Assembly: GCA_043228905.1 (NCBI GenBank)
Contig: JBHGNT010000008.1
Location: forward strand, 12,586,001 to 12,650,000
DNA: 64,000 bases
Origin: Azolla caroliniana
Taxonomy: Eukaryota > Plantae > Polypodiophyta
Reading direction: 5' to 3'
Shown here: positions 23,140 to 36,198 of the stretch, one piece after another
Numbering within the stretch: the stretch's first letter is position 1
Layout of the letters: each line of letters opens with the position of its first letter
Position numbers and translations under genes: made by a program
The notes under the pieces: generated by a model
The model's database searches: none
What the model was told of the DNA's origin: nothing
What the model saw: only the letters and a program-made list of their open reading frames with translations

Positions 23140-25922
23140 ACGCCGATCGTCCTCTGAATTTTCGTCATAACGGTGCTGGCCCTTATGCTGACGATTGTTT
23201 CCGTTTGGACGAGCCCCGTTGAATCCTCAAGATTTGTTTGTAGGTCATCGATTGTCGTAATGACGCCCCCCCCCCCCCCCCCCACTCTGGTATTCTTCCT
23301 CTTCTTGATCTTCTTCATCAGAGTACGGGTCGGTGTTATGGTTTTTACGATACGGCGCTCCATGCGCTATTTCCGGTCTGTATACCGGGGATGTTCTTCC
23401 TACAATCCTAAATCATTCCTGCGAGATAGGTGTTGTGGCTCCATACGCCATACTATGAGCGTGGGCCCGTTTAGCATATTATACTCGCATTGGTTCACCG
23501 TGTGTGCCCGTGAATGGAAAATGGGGCAATGTATTCGCATGTTACATTCAACCGTGGAATGTCCAGAGTTTAGACAGATGGTACACTGAATGGCTTGGCG
23601 AAATCGATGCTCCTCTTCCTGAGGTAATGCCTGCCGTAGCGATGCCATGGACAGTCCCTCATCTTCTTCCTCTAATTCGAGCTATGATGCTCGCTCGATG
23701 ACCATGTCGGCCGTCTCCCCTTTCACACTGTGCGTGTTTAGCATCGTCCGGATAGGCCGTCTTAGAGCTGCTAAGAACGTTTCCTTGGCCTCTTTGTCTC
23801 CCGGGGCCTGTGTAAGGTTCCGTCGTAGACTCTGGAAACGTATATTGAAATCCGCTATAGATTCTATGGGAAGTTGCTTGATGGTATAGAACTGCCCGAT
23901 TTTTTCACGCTGCAACACCTTTCGATGAAAATAACGCAAGAACGCCGATTGTAGCTGGTCGAAGGTTGTGATTGCTGCCTAATCCATCTGGGAATGCCAA
24001 CACGTAGCTCGACCGTCCAAAGTTAACCCAAACTCGGCAATCTTCGAAGCGTGAGCTTCCGCATCTGGAAACCGCTACGCCATATGATTCACATTCCAAA
24101 CATTGAGGAATAGCCGGGTGTGGCTAGCAACGCCTGCCTCTCTGTTGAAGCGGGGGTATGAGAAAGCCATTCCGGACGTTGTGTTGACGTTTGGCCGGGG
24201 AAGACTTATGCTTTCGCAATGTGGACTATTGTGGCGTTTAATCACACTACCTTGGTCATGTGACGACAGGGCTTCGTGGTCGACGTCGCACTGTTTTGTG
24301 AGCGTGGAGTCTACCATGACACAGGAAGCTGATCTAATTATGCTGCATATTCTGTTTGATGTTGGCTAAATGTAGCCAAGGTCTACCGAGCAATATTGGG
24401 TATGCTCCCGGAGTGTCTAGTGCGAGCACTACCGCAGAGATGTCGAAGCGATGGCCGCCAACGACAATGCCTAATTTCCGGATTAACCCTAGGGGTCTGA
24501 CAACGGGTGTCCACCATGCGGAGTTTAATCACACTACCTTGGTCGTGTGACGACAGGGCTTCGTGGTCGACGTTGCACTGTTCTGTGAGCGTGGAGTCTA
24601 TCGTGTACTCCTGGAAGGAGCAGTCGTGGTCGCTGAGGCGGGGTTTTTGCTTAGTGCGCTCTTCCGTTTGGCGAGTGATAGACCTCGTCAGTGGTCGATC
24701 TTGTCGGGTCGGTTCTCTGGTTCGTCTACGGTTAGTCATCCATACCTTGCTACTCATCTATGTTGAACCACAGTTCCACCAAGCGTGCCGAAAGTTTTAC
24801 CGATTAGGAACACGGTCTACTCTTAGTCCGTCGAGGTATACTTCAAGGTGATTGCAGTGCAAGGAATAGATCTGTAGGTGCGTGAATCGTAATAGGCTTA
24901 CAAAGCAAAGTGTATTGTCAGGGGTGTGAAGGGAGACGGCTTGAACCGAAGCTCACTAGTTCGTGATCTCATATGCACACTTACCCTACGCTTACTAGCC
25001 TATAGTAACCAACAGAGTACTACACCGAAACAATATACGATTTGCACAGACAACGGAATCAGAGAAGATAATAATGTATTAGAGAAGGTAGCTCTCAAAA
25101 TATACGCTAGCTCTTTGCAGAGGATTTCCGCCCTTTATATACACAGGGATTTTAGTCTGTTACGCTCCTAGCGTGAATCGTTACATGCATTTCTTTAACG
25201 CTTCTAATAATATATTCTATTCGTTTAAGCATTAGGTCCGGTGGACAACATTTACCCTCTTCTTTTCCTTAGTGCGAGAGTTAGGGTTTTGGTTTGGGGT
25301 TTCTACAACGGCGGCTCTTCGGCATTCCGGTGGCAGCACTTGGAGGTTCGACTTCCTCTCCTTGATGGAGAGCGTTTCGCGTCGCAGCCGGTTCTAGAAG
25401 GGAGGGCGAAGTGGCACGGGAACGCTCCACCGTCTTTGGGGTGTGACCAATGGTGGATATCGCGGTCCTGGTGGCCCACTTGACTCGCCTTCCCCAGTTC
25501 CCATTCGTAACTTGTTGTATAGCCGTTTGTTTTGTAATAGCCACCGGATTCACGGCATGTAAGCATCTTGTCGTAAAGATTTTGTAATATATATATATAT
25601 ATATATATGTTTGTGTATATCCCTGTTCTATTGTAACATATTTGAGTTGAGTCCTTAATTGCGGCGAACCATCTTCTTGAACCCTACCTTCATCGGATCC
25701 GGAAGCCGATCCGACTGGAAGCCGATTCCGGATTCCGATTTGAACCGAACCTCGCAAAGCTTAAGGCCTCCAGAATCCGTCTCCCTCGTCAATGACCCCT
25801 GTGGTCCCGCCTAAGATCCTACACGTACGCGATTCGGCTACGTCAACTTCCTGCACCTTCAAGAGATGTAGACGAAAAACATCGTTTTTCAGCTTGTCGA
25901 AATTCAGTGGCCAAAAGGGCCA

Positions 25923-26501
25923 ATGATGTGAATTCTCTTGCAGATACACACCAAAACAGAATGGTGTGGCCAGGTAGAAGAATTAGAAGATAGAGGAAAC
26001 GGCGTGGGCAATGCTTGAGGAGAAGCATATGCTGAAGTTCTACTAGGCCGAAGTGGTCAGAATAGATGTTTACCTGCAGAATCAGACATTTGCAAATGGA
26101 GGAAAAGTGTTGCCACATGAGCTATACATTGTGAAGAAGCTGAACCTGAGACACTTGAGGGTGTTCGCTAGCATCGGATATGTGCATGTGCCAAAAGACA
26201 AGAGGAGGAAGCTGGACACAAAGGCTAAGAAGTGCATTTTGGTCGACTACTTGGACGAGCAAAAGGTTATAAGTGTTATAACCCCCAAATGAAACAAATT
26301 TGAGTAAGTTGAGATGTTGTAATGGACGAGTCGGCTTCGTGGTACTTGCCTCCATCTCCAACTCCTATTAACTCTACTCCGAATTCTGAGGATTAGGCTA
26401 GTGAGGTTGAGATGCTCCTGGAGGAAGAACATATCGAGACTCTAGGAGAGAGTCCGATCTCATTCTGGCTAAGTGGGCCAAATGAGGGACTGATTCAGAA
26501 C
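25923..26501 (+). pseudogene. Degenerate Copia K (B-related) integrase fragment, left part
   Basis: EFSCRYTP.QNGVA and HVPKDKRRKLD; continues at 54719 after element E. Confidence 0.85.
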
Positions 26502-27135
26502 TGTTAGGAATATGTCCCTCTTGTGGGAGGAGCCGACTGTTCGACTGAGTAAGAGCCGATAGTTGAAGACAAGGAGTAGCCGTCTAGTCGGGCTGAGAGC
26601 CGAAAATCGAAGACATGAAGAGTTGATTGGGAGAGCTAACAGTAAGTGATCCAAGTCAACGACACGACCGACTAGTCGGGCCGACTGGACAGTCGACATA
26701 GGAGTCGGCTGATTAACTGCTACCGTTATTACTATAATAATAGTTAATAATAACAATAGAGGCTACATTTGTGAATAGCCCATATGTTGTATAAGTATAA
26801 ATACACCTAGGGAAAACATTATGTAGTTAGTTGTAGAAGAAGAATCGAGTGAGAATAGAAAGTGTAGAACATAACAAAGAGAGAGGTTTGAGCGACGCCA
26901 TAGCTGTGTGAGCTTAGACTCCAAGAGCCCTATGTGGCAAATACACTCTGTACACAGAGTGTTGTATTCTAGTCTCCCTTTGTATTGTTTGTTGTATAAT
27001 GGGTCTCTATTCCCGTGGTTTTCCTCATTTAGGGTTTCCATGTAAAACCTGCATACTCTAGGTATTTGTTGTTTTCGCATTCTATCTATACATTTTAGAA
27101 TATCTTTCTCACAGATCTATGATCCCATCTCTTCA
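26502..27135 (+). repeat. 5' LTR of Copia E
   Basis: TGTTAGGAAT...TCTCTTCA followed by PBS; diverged direct repeat of 54093-54718. Confidence 0.92.
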
Positions 27136-27855
27136 AAGTGGTATCAGAGCGACATGTGTAAAGATGGAAGGAGGTGTGAGTGGATTCCCAAGAATGATGG
27201 TCTTGAACTCGCACAACTACGCAGATTGGAAGGTCAAGATGGAAGATCTTCTCATCGTCAAAGATCTATATGAGTCCATCAACAAAGAGCAAATACCCAT
27301 GGGGGTACTAGAGTCTGAATGGAAACTCTTCAATAGGAAGACGGTGGCCACCATCATACAATGCATAGATGTTAGTGTCCTTCAACATGTGGCGAACAAT
27401 ACAAATGCCTACGAGATGTGGCAGAAGTTCTAAGGTTGTATGAGAGGAAGAATGCCCTGAACAAGACATCTTTGATGAAGGAAGATCGTACAATTGAAGT
27501 ACGGGGATTGACAGAATATTGTGGAGCATGTAAACACATTCATGGAGTATGTGAACCAACTTGTAGCAACCAAGTTTCCCCTTGATGATGCAATGTAGGT
27601 CATCCTACTACTGTGTACCCTGTCGGACAATTAGGAGAATCTGGTGGTGACGCTCAACACCTGTTAGAACCAAGATAGAAGATAAAGTGACAAAAGAAAG
27701 ATATAAAGAGATCACAAGAAGAGAGGAATGAAATGATAAGAGAAGAATGAATGTATTAAAGTAGAATGAGAATGGATACAAGATAGGCGACGAGAGCTTA
27801 AGACTGGTGTTTATTCGAACTAATTTGAGAATATATGTATGCCCCTATTTATAGG

Positions 27856-27952
27856 TTCCTATAGAATAGCCTAGAGATTTCTATAATATTCTAGAATATT
27901 CTAGACCTAGAATATTCTAAGATGTTCTAGGATATTCTAGAATGTTCCAGAG
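27856..27952. promoter_or_regulatory. Heat-shock-element-like array in T1 LTR (copy at 31903-31999)
   Basis: TTCtaGAAtaTTCtaGA (27889-27905) and TTCtaGAAtgTTCcaGA (27935-27951), directly upstream of the minus-strand TATA ctataaata. Confidence 0.7.
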
Positions 27953-28005
27953 TATTTACAATAATCAGTGTATTACAAGAAGTAGCTTTTATCATCTCAT
28001 ATGAT

Positions 28006-28078
28006 CATAGGCTATCTTAATGGTTGGTTTTTTGATTATGTATTACAAGGTCTTGGGTTCAAGCCCAGGTGAAGCCAT
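28006..28078 (+). promoter_or_regulatory. tRNA-like module in T1 LTR
   Basis: TATCTTAATGG..32 nt..GGTTCAAGCCC; AAGGTC variable-loop motif; cttggg/cccagg stem; ends GTGAAGCCA. Confidence 0.7.
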
Positions 28079-28129
28079 GATGTTTATGTATTCATGACAC
28101 TATCTGCCCTTCGAGAATGACGAGTGGAA

Positions 28130-28330
28130 GTCGACGTTAACAATGTAGGGCCTGGTTTGTTTGGATAGCAGCGATAGAAGTCGTCGACAAGAGCTTGAGC
28201 ATTAGAAACATTATTGATGGGTTCCCAAGTGTGATCAATCAAAGGATAACCTACCCAATCAACCAGATAATAGAGCTTATTACGCACAATCTTAGAATCA
28301 AGAATAACAGCTACCTCATAGGCTGTCAAC
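28130..28330 (-). pseudogene. Integrase C-terminal chromodomain of T1
   Basis: YEVAVILDSKIVRNKLYYLVDWVGYP...TWEP is a canonical group I chromodomain pattern. Confidence 0.9.
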
Positions 28331-31300
28331 AAGTTGGATAGGGGGCGGAGGTGGCACGACTCGATTAGGAATGGAAGGGCTGCGACAACATTCCAAAAGA
28401 GCGCTATGAAAGACTGGGTGAAGCCGCATGTGTGCTGGAAGGTTAAGACGAAAGGTTGCATCATTAATCTGCGCCGTGATGAGAAAAGGACCTAAGCGTT
28501 GATAATCGAGTTTCTCACAGGGTCGAGTAGTCTTGATGTGACGATGAAGCAACTATACTCGGTCACCAACCTTAAAAGGAGACTTAAGACGATGGCGATC
28601 TGCATTAGTCTTATATTGTGCTTGAGTTGTCTGAAGATGTGAAGATAACGCTAATTGGATCCGGTGTAGTCGATGAAACTGATGCTCAACACTAGGGTTT
28701 CGTGCGACCTCAGGAAGATCTAGGATACACCATCAAGGATGGTTTCCGGCATAGGCAAAGAAAGGTGTAACCTTGGTAGAAGAGTGTACCGTGTATTGTA
28801 TGCAAAATCAACAAGATGTAAAATATTACTCCAATCATCTTGTTGATAACTGATGAAGCAGTGAAGATATTGCTCGAGTGTTTGATTTGTGTGCTCTGTT
28901 TGTTCATCAATTTGTGGATGATAAGCTGAAGAGAGTTTGCAGGAAATTTTGAGGCCTGCCCATAGGTGCTTCCAAAAGTGAGAGATAAATTGAGGACCAT
29001 GATCGCTAATTATATTGTCTGGAAGACCATGATGTCGAAACACTTCACGCATAATGAGATCTGCGGTTTCCTGACTACTGATGCTCTTTACACATGGTAA
29101 AAAATGTGCCATCTTGGTAAATCGATTGACTACTGTTAAAATAGTATCAAATCCATTTGAAGGAGGCCGATCCGTAATGAAATCCATAGAAATAGACTGT
29201 CACGGCTTAGTTGGAGGTGGTAATGGTTGTAACAAGCCATAAGGATGATGCCTAGGTATTTTGGCTCGACAACAGCTGTCACATGTACGAACATAATCTT
29301 CGACAAAGTTTGGCAAATGAGATCACTAAAACAAGCGCTTCACCAACTCCATTGTCTTGGCAATACCAAAATGTCCAGCCATAGGGGTATCATGACAATG
29401 CTCCAATACTTGAAGGCGGGGTGATCCATCAGGGACGTAAAGGAGATTCTTGTAAAAGAGTAAGCCATCTTGCCATTTGAATTCCTGATAGTGTTGAGAT
29501 GACTCTTGCAATGTGGAGCAAGATGCATGACTTGGACTAATGTGGGCTAAGAAATCCTTAGCGAAATCATCAGAGTGAAGTCGTTGCCGAATAGTATCCA
29601 CAAGGCTTGATTCAAGCGGCGTGGTATAAACTGTTGGTGCTTGTAGCTTTGACGGTCCTAGGAGAATTTGCTTTTGTCGAAGGCTGCATCTCCAGGCCAA
29701 AGTGCGAGATATGATTGTCGAGACAGAACATCCGGTTTCCCTTGTTGTTTCCCTAGGCGAAAAATGATCTTGAAATCAAAACGAGTTAGAAATTGTGCCC
29801 ACCGAGCTTATCTCATATTTAACACTCGAGCCGTTTGAAAATATGTAAGATTTTTGTGATCACTATAAATGATGATTGATGAGGCGATCCTTCCAAGAAA
29901 TTTCGCCATTGCTCGAAAGAGTCGACCACAACTAATAACTTCTTGTCGTGCACCTCATAGTTGATCTCCGCAGTAGTAAATTTTCGCAAGCGAAACGCGA
30001 CTGGATGGGATTGCCCGTCCTTGTCTGATTGTGATAGGATACTCCCCCATGCAAAGTCAGACACATCTGCCTCAATAGTAAATGGCCTTTCAGGATCAAT
30101 ATGCACCAAGATAGGAGCTGATGTGAATGCCTTTTTGAGCTGATTAAAGGCCGTGTCCGCTTCATTTGTCAAAACAAACGCTTGATCTTTCTTGGTGAGT
30201 TGGGTGAGAGGCAACACGATCTTTGAATAATTCCATCCGAGGAAACATTGGACGTCTCAAACAGAACGTGGGGGTTTCCATTCCAATATTGTTTTGACTT
30301 TTGCTAGATCTATGAAGATACCCTTGGACAAAATAGTATAACCCAAGAATTCAACTTGTTTGCTGTCAAAACTGCACTCCTCAAGTTTGGCATACAGACC
30401 ATACTTTCTTAGGCGTTCAAGTACTTTCCAGACATACATATCATGCTCCTCTTGTGTTTTCGAGTAAATCAGCAGATCATCTAAATAGATGATGAGAAAG
30501 ATATCTAGAAAATCTTGAAAAATGTCATTTTCCATATGTTGGAAAACTGTGGTGCATTTGTGAGCCCAAAAGGCATGACTATATATTCAAGATGACCATA
30601 CCAAGTGCGAAATGCAGTTTTCCACTCATCTCCCAGTCCAATTCAAACTAGATTATATGCAACCCTTAAATAGATTTTTTTTAAATGCTTTGCCCCACCA
30701 AATGCACTCTAAAAGACTGGATATTAAAGGTAGAGCATACCTATTTCTTATGGTGACTTTATTTAATCCTTGATAGTCCACGACCAAATGAAGCGAACCG
30801 TCCTTTTTCTTCACAAAAAATATGGGAGCACAAGCTGGGGACTTTGAATGTCGAATGAACCCATGGGCAAGATTCTCCTCGATGTATTCTTGAAGAACCT
30901 CAAGCTTAGTTGGTGATAGATTATAGATTGGACCCCATTCTCCTTGATGTATTCTTGAAGAACCTCAAGCTTAGTTGGTGATAGATTGTAGATTGGACCC
31001 CACAGTGGCTCTTTTCCTGGTTGAAGATCAATGGGACAGTCGTACGACCGATGCTTTGGAATTACACTAACTTTGACTTTATCAAAGACATCAACATATT
31101 CTTGATATTTTGTGGGAATTTGGATGTCTGAATTGCCTTGAGTGGCACTAGAAGGTGTCACTGATAATGCAAATAAGAAAAGTTCCTCCATTCCTCCCAT
31201 TTGGGACAATTGTTGTAATATAATGGTTGAGATTTGATGAAAAGGAGATGGTGCAGTGGTAGAGCTATATTCCTTAAGGGAAGAGTCTTGGGTTCGATCT

Positions 31301-34300
31301 TTAGCAATGATGTTTTGTGATGAAGGGCACCAAATTTCTCGCCTCCTCCAATCGATTCTTGGGTTATGTAGCTCAAAACATGGCAAAGAATTGACACTGG
31401 TATCTAAGAGGGCTTGGACCTGAAGTTGACAACTCGGTGTCCTATGTCCTAACGTGTACTTGGGCTGAGAAGACTATACTAACATGCTTGGAAGAAATGG
31501 AACCTACACTAGGTTGTACAGATCTAGATATGCCCAACCAAATGGCTCCTATTTTGGCCGGACTTATTCGTTTGACTCCTCTTCTAATTGGCTTAGAACT
31601 TCAAACTTATTGGACAAGGGTGGATTATTCATAATATTAGGATCACTAAGTGCTTCTGAAACGTTGGACTTAGTTTTATTGTCATAGTGAATTTGATTTA
31701 CCTGACGTCTTGGCCTACGGGAGCAATGAATGGCTATATGTCATGTACCTCCACAATATAAGCATAGACGGTTCTCTTATCATGTCATTCCTCTCTTCTT
31801 GTGATCTCTTTATATCTTTCTTCTGTCACTTTATCTTTTGTCTTGGTTCTGACAGTTTGATTCAAATTGATTTGAGAATACATGTATGCCCCTATTTATA
31901 GGTTCCTATAGAATAGCCTAGAGATTTCTATAATGTTCTAAAATGTTCTAGACCTAGAATATTCTAAGCTTTTCTAGGATATTCTAGAATGTTCCAGAGT
32001 ATTTACAATAATTAGTGTATTACAAGAAGTAGCTTTTATCATCTCATATGATCATAGGCTATCTTAATGGTTGGGTTCAAGCCCAGGTGAAGCCATGATG
32101 ATGTTTATGTATTCATACAACACCTCATGTCAAGAAGAGAACTTTTCCCTACAAGTGGTAAAGACAAGTATCTTGAACGAGGAGACAAGAAGGAAGGACA
32201 AGGGTGTCCTGGCCCAGTCGGAGTCAAATGTGACTCAGCATACCAACAGAGGAAGGAACAGACAGAGAAATCCTCAAAGGAGGGACAAATCTCAAGCCAG
32301 GTCCAAGTCCAGAGGTAAGCTCACATGTTTCTATTGTGGAAATCCTGGACACTTCTAGAAGGATTGCCGACACCTTAAGAAGGACAAAGGTGCCTCAAAG
32401 GATGTCGAACCTAGAAAGATTTCTGAGGAGAAGGGCACATCATCCATAACTACAAGTGAAGAGGAGATCTTGTTATTTGTGAGTAGGCAAGCACAAATCT
32501 TGCAAGTGAAGAGTGCACCTGGGTGAATTACTCTGGTGCATCTTTTCATATAACTCCCTCGAGAGAGTGTTTCTCGACTTACAAAACCGGGGATCATGGT
32601 TATGTAAAGATGGGAGATAATGGAGAGTGCAAGATAGTCGGTGTAAGAAATGTATGTCTGACAATTTCGACTGGTTGTCGGCTGATTCTGAGAGATGTCC
32701 GACATGTGCCCGATATTAGGCTAAATCTAATATCGACAAGAAGGATGGACGACAAAGGCTATAGTGGTAGATTTCCAAATGGCAAGTGGAAGTTCTGCAG
32801 TGGAAACCTCATAATGACTCGAGCACAGAAACAAGACACTCTATACATGATGCAACCCAAGCTGTGCAAGTCGTAAGTAAACCTGGCAACCGATTCGGAT
32901 GGAGAGATATGGCATAAGAGGCTAGGCAACATGAGTGAAAAAGGAATGCATATCCTAGCTAACCAGGAACTTCTTCGAAAAGTGAAAGGAGTGCACTTGG
33001 TGAAGTGTGTCGACTGCTTAGTTGGAAAGTAGAACAGAGCAACATTCCACATGAGACCACCAAGGAGAAGCTGCATTGGAACTAGTACACACAGATGTGT
33101 GCTATGTAGATGCCCTACAATCAGACATTGTGGGCTTTTGTACTAAAGTCGAAGGACCAAGTACTATCATTCTTTAAGGAGTTCTAGGCTAGAGCTGAAA
33201 GAGAGTCGGATCAAAAGCTATAGAGATTGTCCGAATTGACAATGGTGGCGAATATATAGGGCAATTCGAAAAATACTGCAAGGCCCAAGGTATTCGAATC
33301 GAATACACAGTGCTGAAGACCCCTAAGTTGAATGGGCTTGTAGAGAGGATGAATCAGACGATAATGGAGAGAGTAAGGAGCATGTTGTCACATGCCAAGC
33401 TACTGAAATCATACTAGGTTGAGGCGATGTATACAACTGTTTATCTGATCAACAGTTTGCCCTCAATGCCCATAGAGGGTGTGGACAGGAAGGATGTCTC
33501 CTACTGACACTTGACGGTGTTCAGATGCTTAGTGTATATGCATGTGGCTAAGGATCAGAGGTCGAAGCTCGACAACAAGTCGAAACCATGCATATCTCTA
33601 AGGTACTCGGAGGATGAGTTCAATTACAGGCTATGGCACTTAGTTGACAAGAAGGTAGTGAGGAGTTGGGTCATAGTCTTCTTGGAAGACAAGATAATCG
33701 AGGATTAGAAGCAAGAGAAGTTGGAATCGACTTCCCAGTCAACCCCCACTACCATTGACTTAAGATTGGTCGAACCGACACAGTTGGCTATTCGGAGATA
33801 GTCAATTGGCATTGCCGAATCCGAGTCGGTCAACTCGGAGCAACCAACCAATACATATGAGTTGGAGTTGGTAGACCTATTGAAGTCAATTGAGGAATAC
33901 AAGTTGGAGTCGGTTAACCTTGAGCAACCGATCGACATGTATGAACCTGAGCCGAGAGAAGAGTCAGCAAAGACACTTGAATCGGAGCCAACAACGGGTG
34001 GAAGGAGATACCCACTCAGAGAAAGGAGAGCACCCACTACATACGCCAGTCAATACATCTTCTTGACTAATGAAGGTGAGCCGGAGTGCTACGATTATGC
34101 CATAGCCAACAAGCACAAAGGGAAATGGCTAACTGCAATTCAAGATGAGATGGACTCATTGCATGAGAATTACACCTACGACCTGGTTGAGTTGCCGAAA
34201 GGGAAGAGAGCACTCAGAAACAAGTGGGTCTACAAGGTAAAGACTATAGAAGCCGACAACACACCCAGATATAAAGCTCGCATTGTGGTGAAAGGGTTTC

Positions 34301-34823
34301 AATAGAAAAAGGGTGTTGACTTTAACGAAATGTTCGCACCAGTCGTGAAGATGACATCAATTCGAATCGTTCTGAGCATATCCGCCAATATGAATATGGA
34401 GATCGAATAGTTGGATGTCAAGACAACATTCCTACATGGGGAGTTAGACGAGGAGATCTACATGCAGCAGCTCGAAGGCTTTGTAGAGAAAGGGAAAGAG
34501 AACCTGGTGTGTCGACTGAAGAAAAGCTTGCATGGTTAGAAACAAGCTCCACGCCAATGGTACAAAAAGTTCAAATCCATCATGCTGGAACATGGGTTCC
34601 ATAAAACACAAGCTGATCACTGTGTATTTGTAAAAAGGTATGATGAAGGCAACTTCTCGATTCTCTTATTATATGTGGATGACATGTTGATAGTCAGACA
34701 AGACACGAAAAGGATCGTGAACTTGAAGCGAGCATTAGGCAAGTCGTTTGCCATGAAAGATCTTGGACCGGATAAATAAATCTTGGGGATGCACATAGTT
34801 CGAGATAGAACTAAGAAAGTGGT

Positions 34824-35299
34824 TGTTACCCAGATAAATGGGGAAGTGTCGGATTCGGAAATGAAGAAGGTTCGGAGTCGAAGTCGGATTCGGATCAGTA
34901 TAGAGGATTGATGAGTCAGCATATGGCCGAAGTAAAATTGAAATTATAAGTTAGTTAAAGATTTTGTAGTTCTTGCCATGTTTGGCAATATGTTTTTCTT
35001 GATGAGGAAGTTCTTCCGGTTGCCTATAAAAGGAACTGAAGACAGTGTAAAGAGACGTTGTTTTATTTAGTAATATAAAGTTAGTTTAGGAAATCTCTGT
35101 GTACAAAATGCTCTGTCAATCTATTTCCTTTTTGTTATAACTTATTACGTAAATAACGATCTTGATGCCTACTAAACATTGATAAGTTTACAACCAGTTT
35201 AGTATCTATTCATCTAAACCACAATTCATTGATAGAACGTTTGGTGAGCAATGTTCATCCTATACTGTGTTGACAATAGTTATTGTCGACCGAACAACA
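34824..35299. repeat. Solo LTR (476 bp) inserted in the RT of Copia E
   Basis: TGTT...AACA termini; TSD GTGGT (34819-34823, 35300-35304); TATA cctataaaagg; related in reverse orientation to 55559-56135. Confidence 0.9.
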
Positions 35300-35468
35300 G
35301 TGGTGTGGTTGTCACAAGAGAAGTATCTAACAAAGATCTTAGAAAGATTCAACACATTCAAAGGAAAGCCAGTCGGCTCTATGTTGCCGACAAACTGCAG
35401 GTTGAATGTGAGGCAATGCTCGAAGAGCGAGAAGGACAAGGCCGAGATGAGGAAAGTGTTGAATACGG

Positions 35469-35632
35469 TGTTGTGTTGTTACGCGCGTGCGTGTAGAATG
35501 AGGCGGGACCATAGGGGGTCTTGGACCGAGGAGCAAGAGAGTAGGAGGGGAGCGAGAAAACAACGACCGTGCTTTGCACTCACACAAATACACAGAAACC
35601 ACAACTCATTGGAACGAGATTGACGTGTGTAT

Positions 35633-35698
<66 letters not shown>

Positions 35699-36198
35699 TG
35701 AAAGGGGTTAGAACCGGCGGGCCGGTGAGCGACAAGTATTGACGCCTACATGCACACACGCACACACGCACACATGCACACAGACACACAGACGCGAGAT
35801 GGAAACTCTGCCAGAAGCACTCGGGCGTTCCGCGGAATAGAGTCAACCTCCCGAAAACCTGCACAACGCAAACACAGAGAAAGACGGAGGAGAAGAGCTC
35901 GGTCCCCGTTCGACAACACTTCCTCCTCGACAACATCGATCCCCATTACGATTCCTCTCCCTCTCTTTTATAGCCCAAGGAGGGAGGCCACAACCTGTTA
36001 CATCATCTTTATTCTCTGTCCTTTTTGACAGAGATACGCCTCGATTTCCTACTAAACAAAGGCGTGCTACCTAGGATATTCATATAAGCCGACTTGTACC
36101 TAAACGTATATATTACAACAAAACTTGTGCCTATGTATAAGGGCCAGTTCGCGCTCATTATTCTCCGATTCCGCCTAGGGATGGTTTTCTCCATGATG
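35469..36198 (-). repeat. Solo LTR (TGTCGTG clade) inserted 12 bp inside the 5' LTR of D; contains (TA)n at about 35636-35694
   Basis: 4-bp TSD ACGG; minus-strand TATA ggctataaaa; 3'-end motif ggtccaagacccc..tggtccc shared with G, H and gag-only LTRs. Confidence 0.8.

Larger units (their letters stand above)
14872..25922 (-). mobile_element. Non-chromovirus Ty3/Gypsy element F (Phygy/Selgy- or Tat-like), degenerate, with two insertions
   Basis: INT KWGLDFVGP 14908-15848; RH 15979-16410; RT FLDD 20101-20939; PR IIDGG about 21335-21912; gag with zinc knuckles 21916-24200; Arg-type PBS-like cggcacgcttggtggaac at 24773-24790; probable 5' LTR about 24795-25922 with TATA near 25135. Confidence 0.85.
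27662..32119 (-). mobile_element. Tcn1-like chromovirus T1 (Ty3/Gypsy), internally deleted and rearranged
   Basis: TSD ACACC (27657-27661, 32120-32124); 3' LTR 27662-28099; partial 5' LTR 31855-32119; chromodomain, INT, RH, RT (IYLDD) and gag knuckle remnants. Confidence 0.92.

Noticed and set aside
24930-25000. Possible tRNA-like unit in F's LTR (minus strand ..GCGTAGGGTAAG..GGTTCAAGCCG)
   Set aside because: Poor A box and 36-nt spacing; too weak to count.
30872-31002. 65-bp tandem duplication in T1 and a similar roughly 55-bp duplication in J LTR (61967-62076)
   Set aside because: Ordinary post-insertion slippage; absent from the related copies I and A.
35636-35694. (TA)n microsatellite
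   Set aside because: Simple repeat expansion within a solo LTR.
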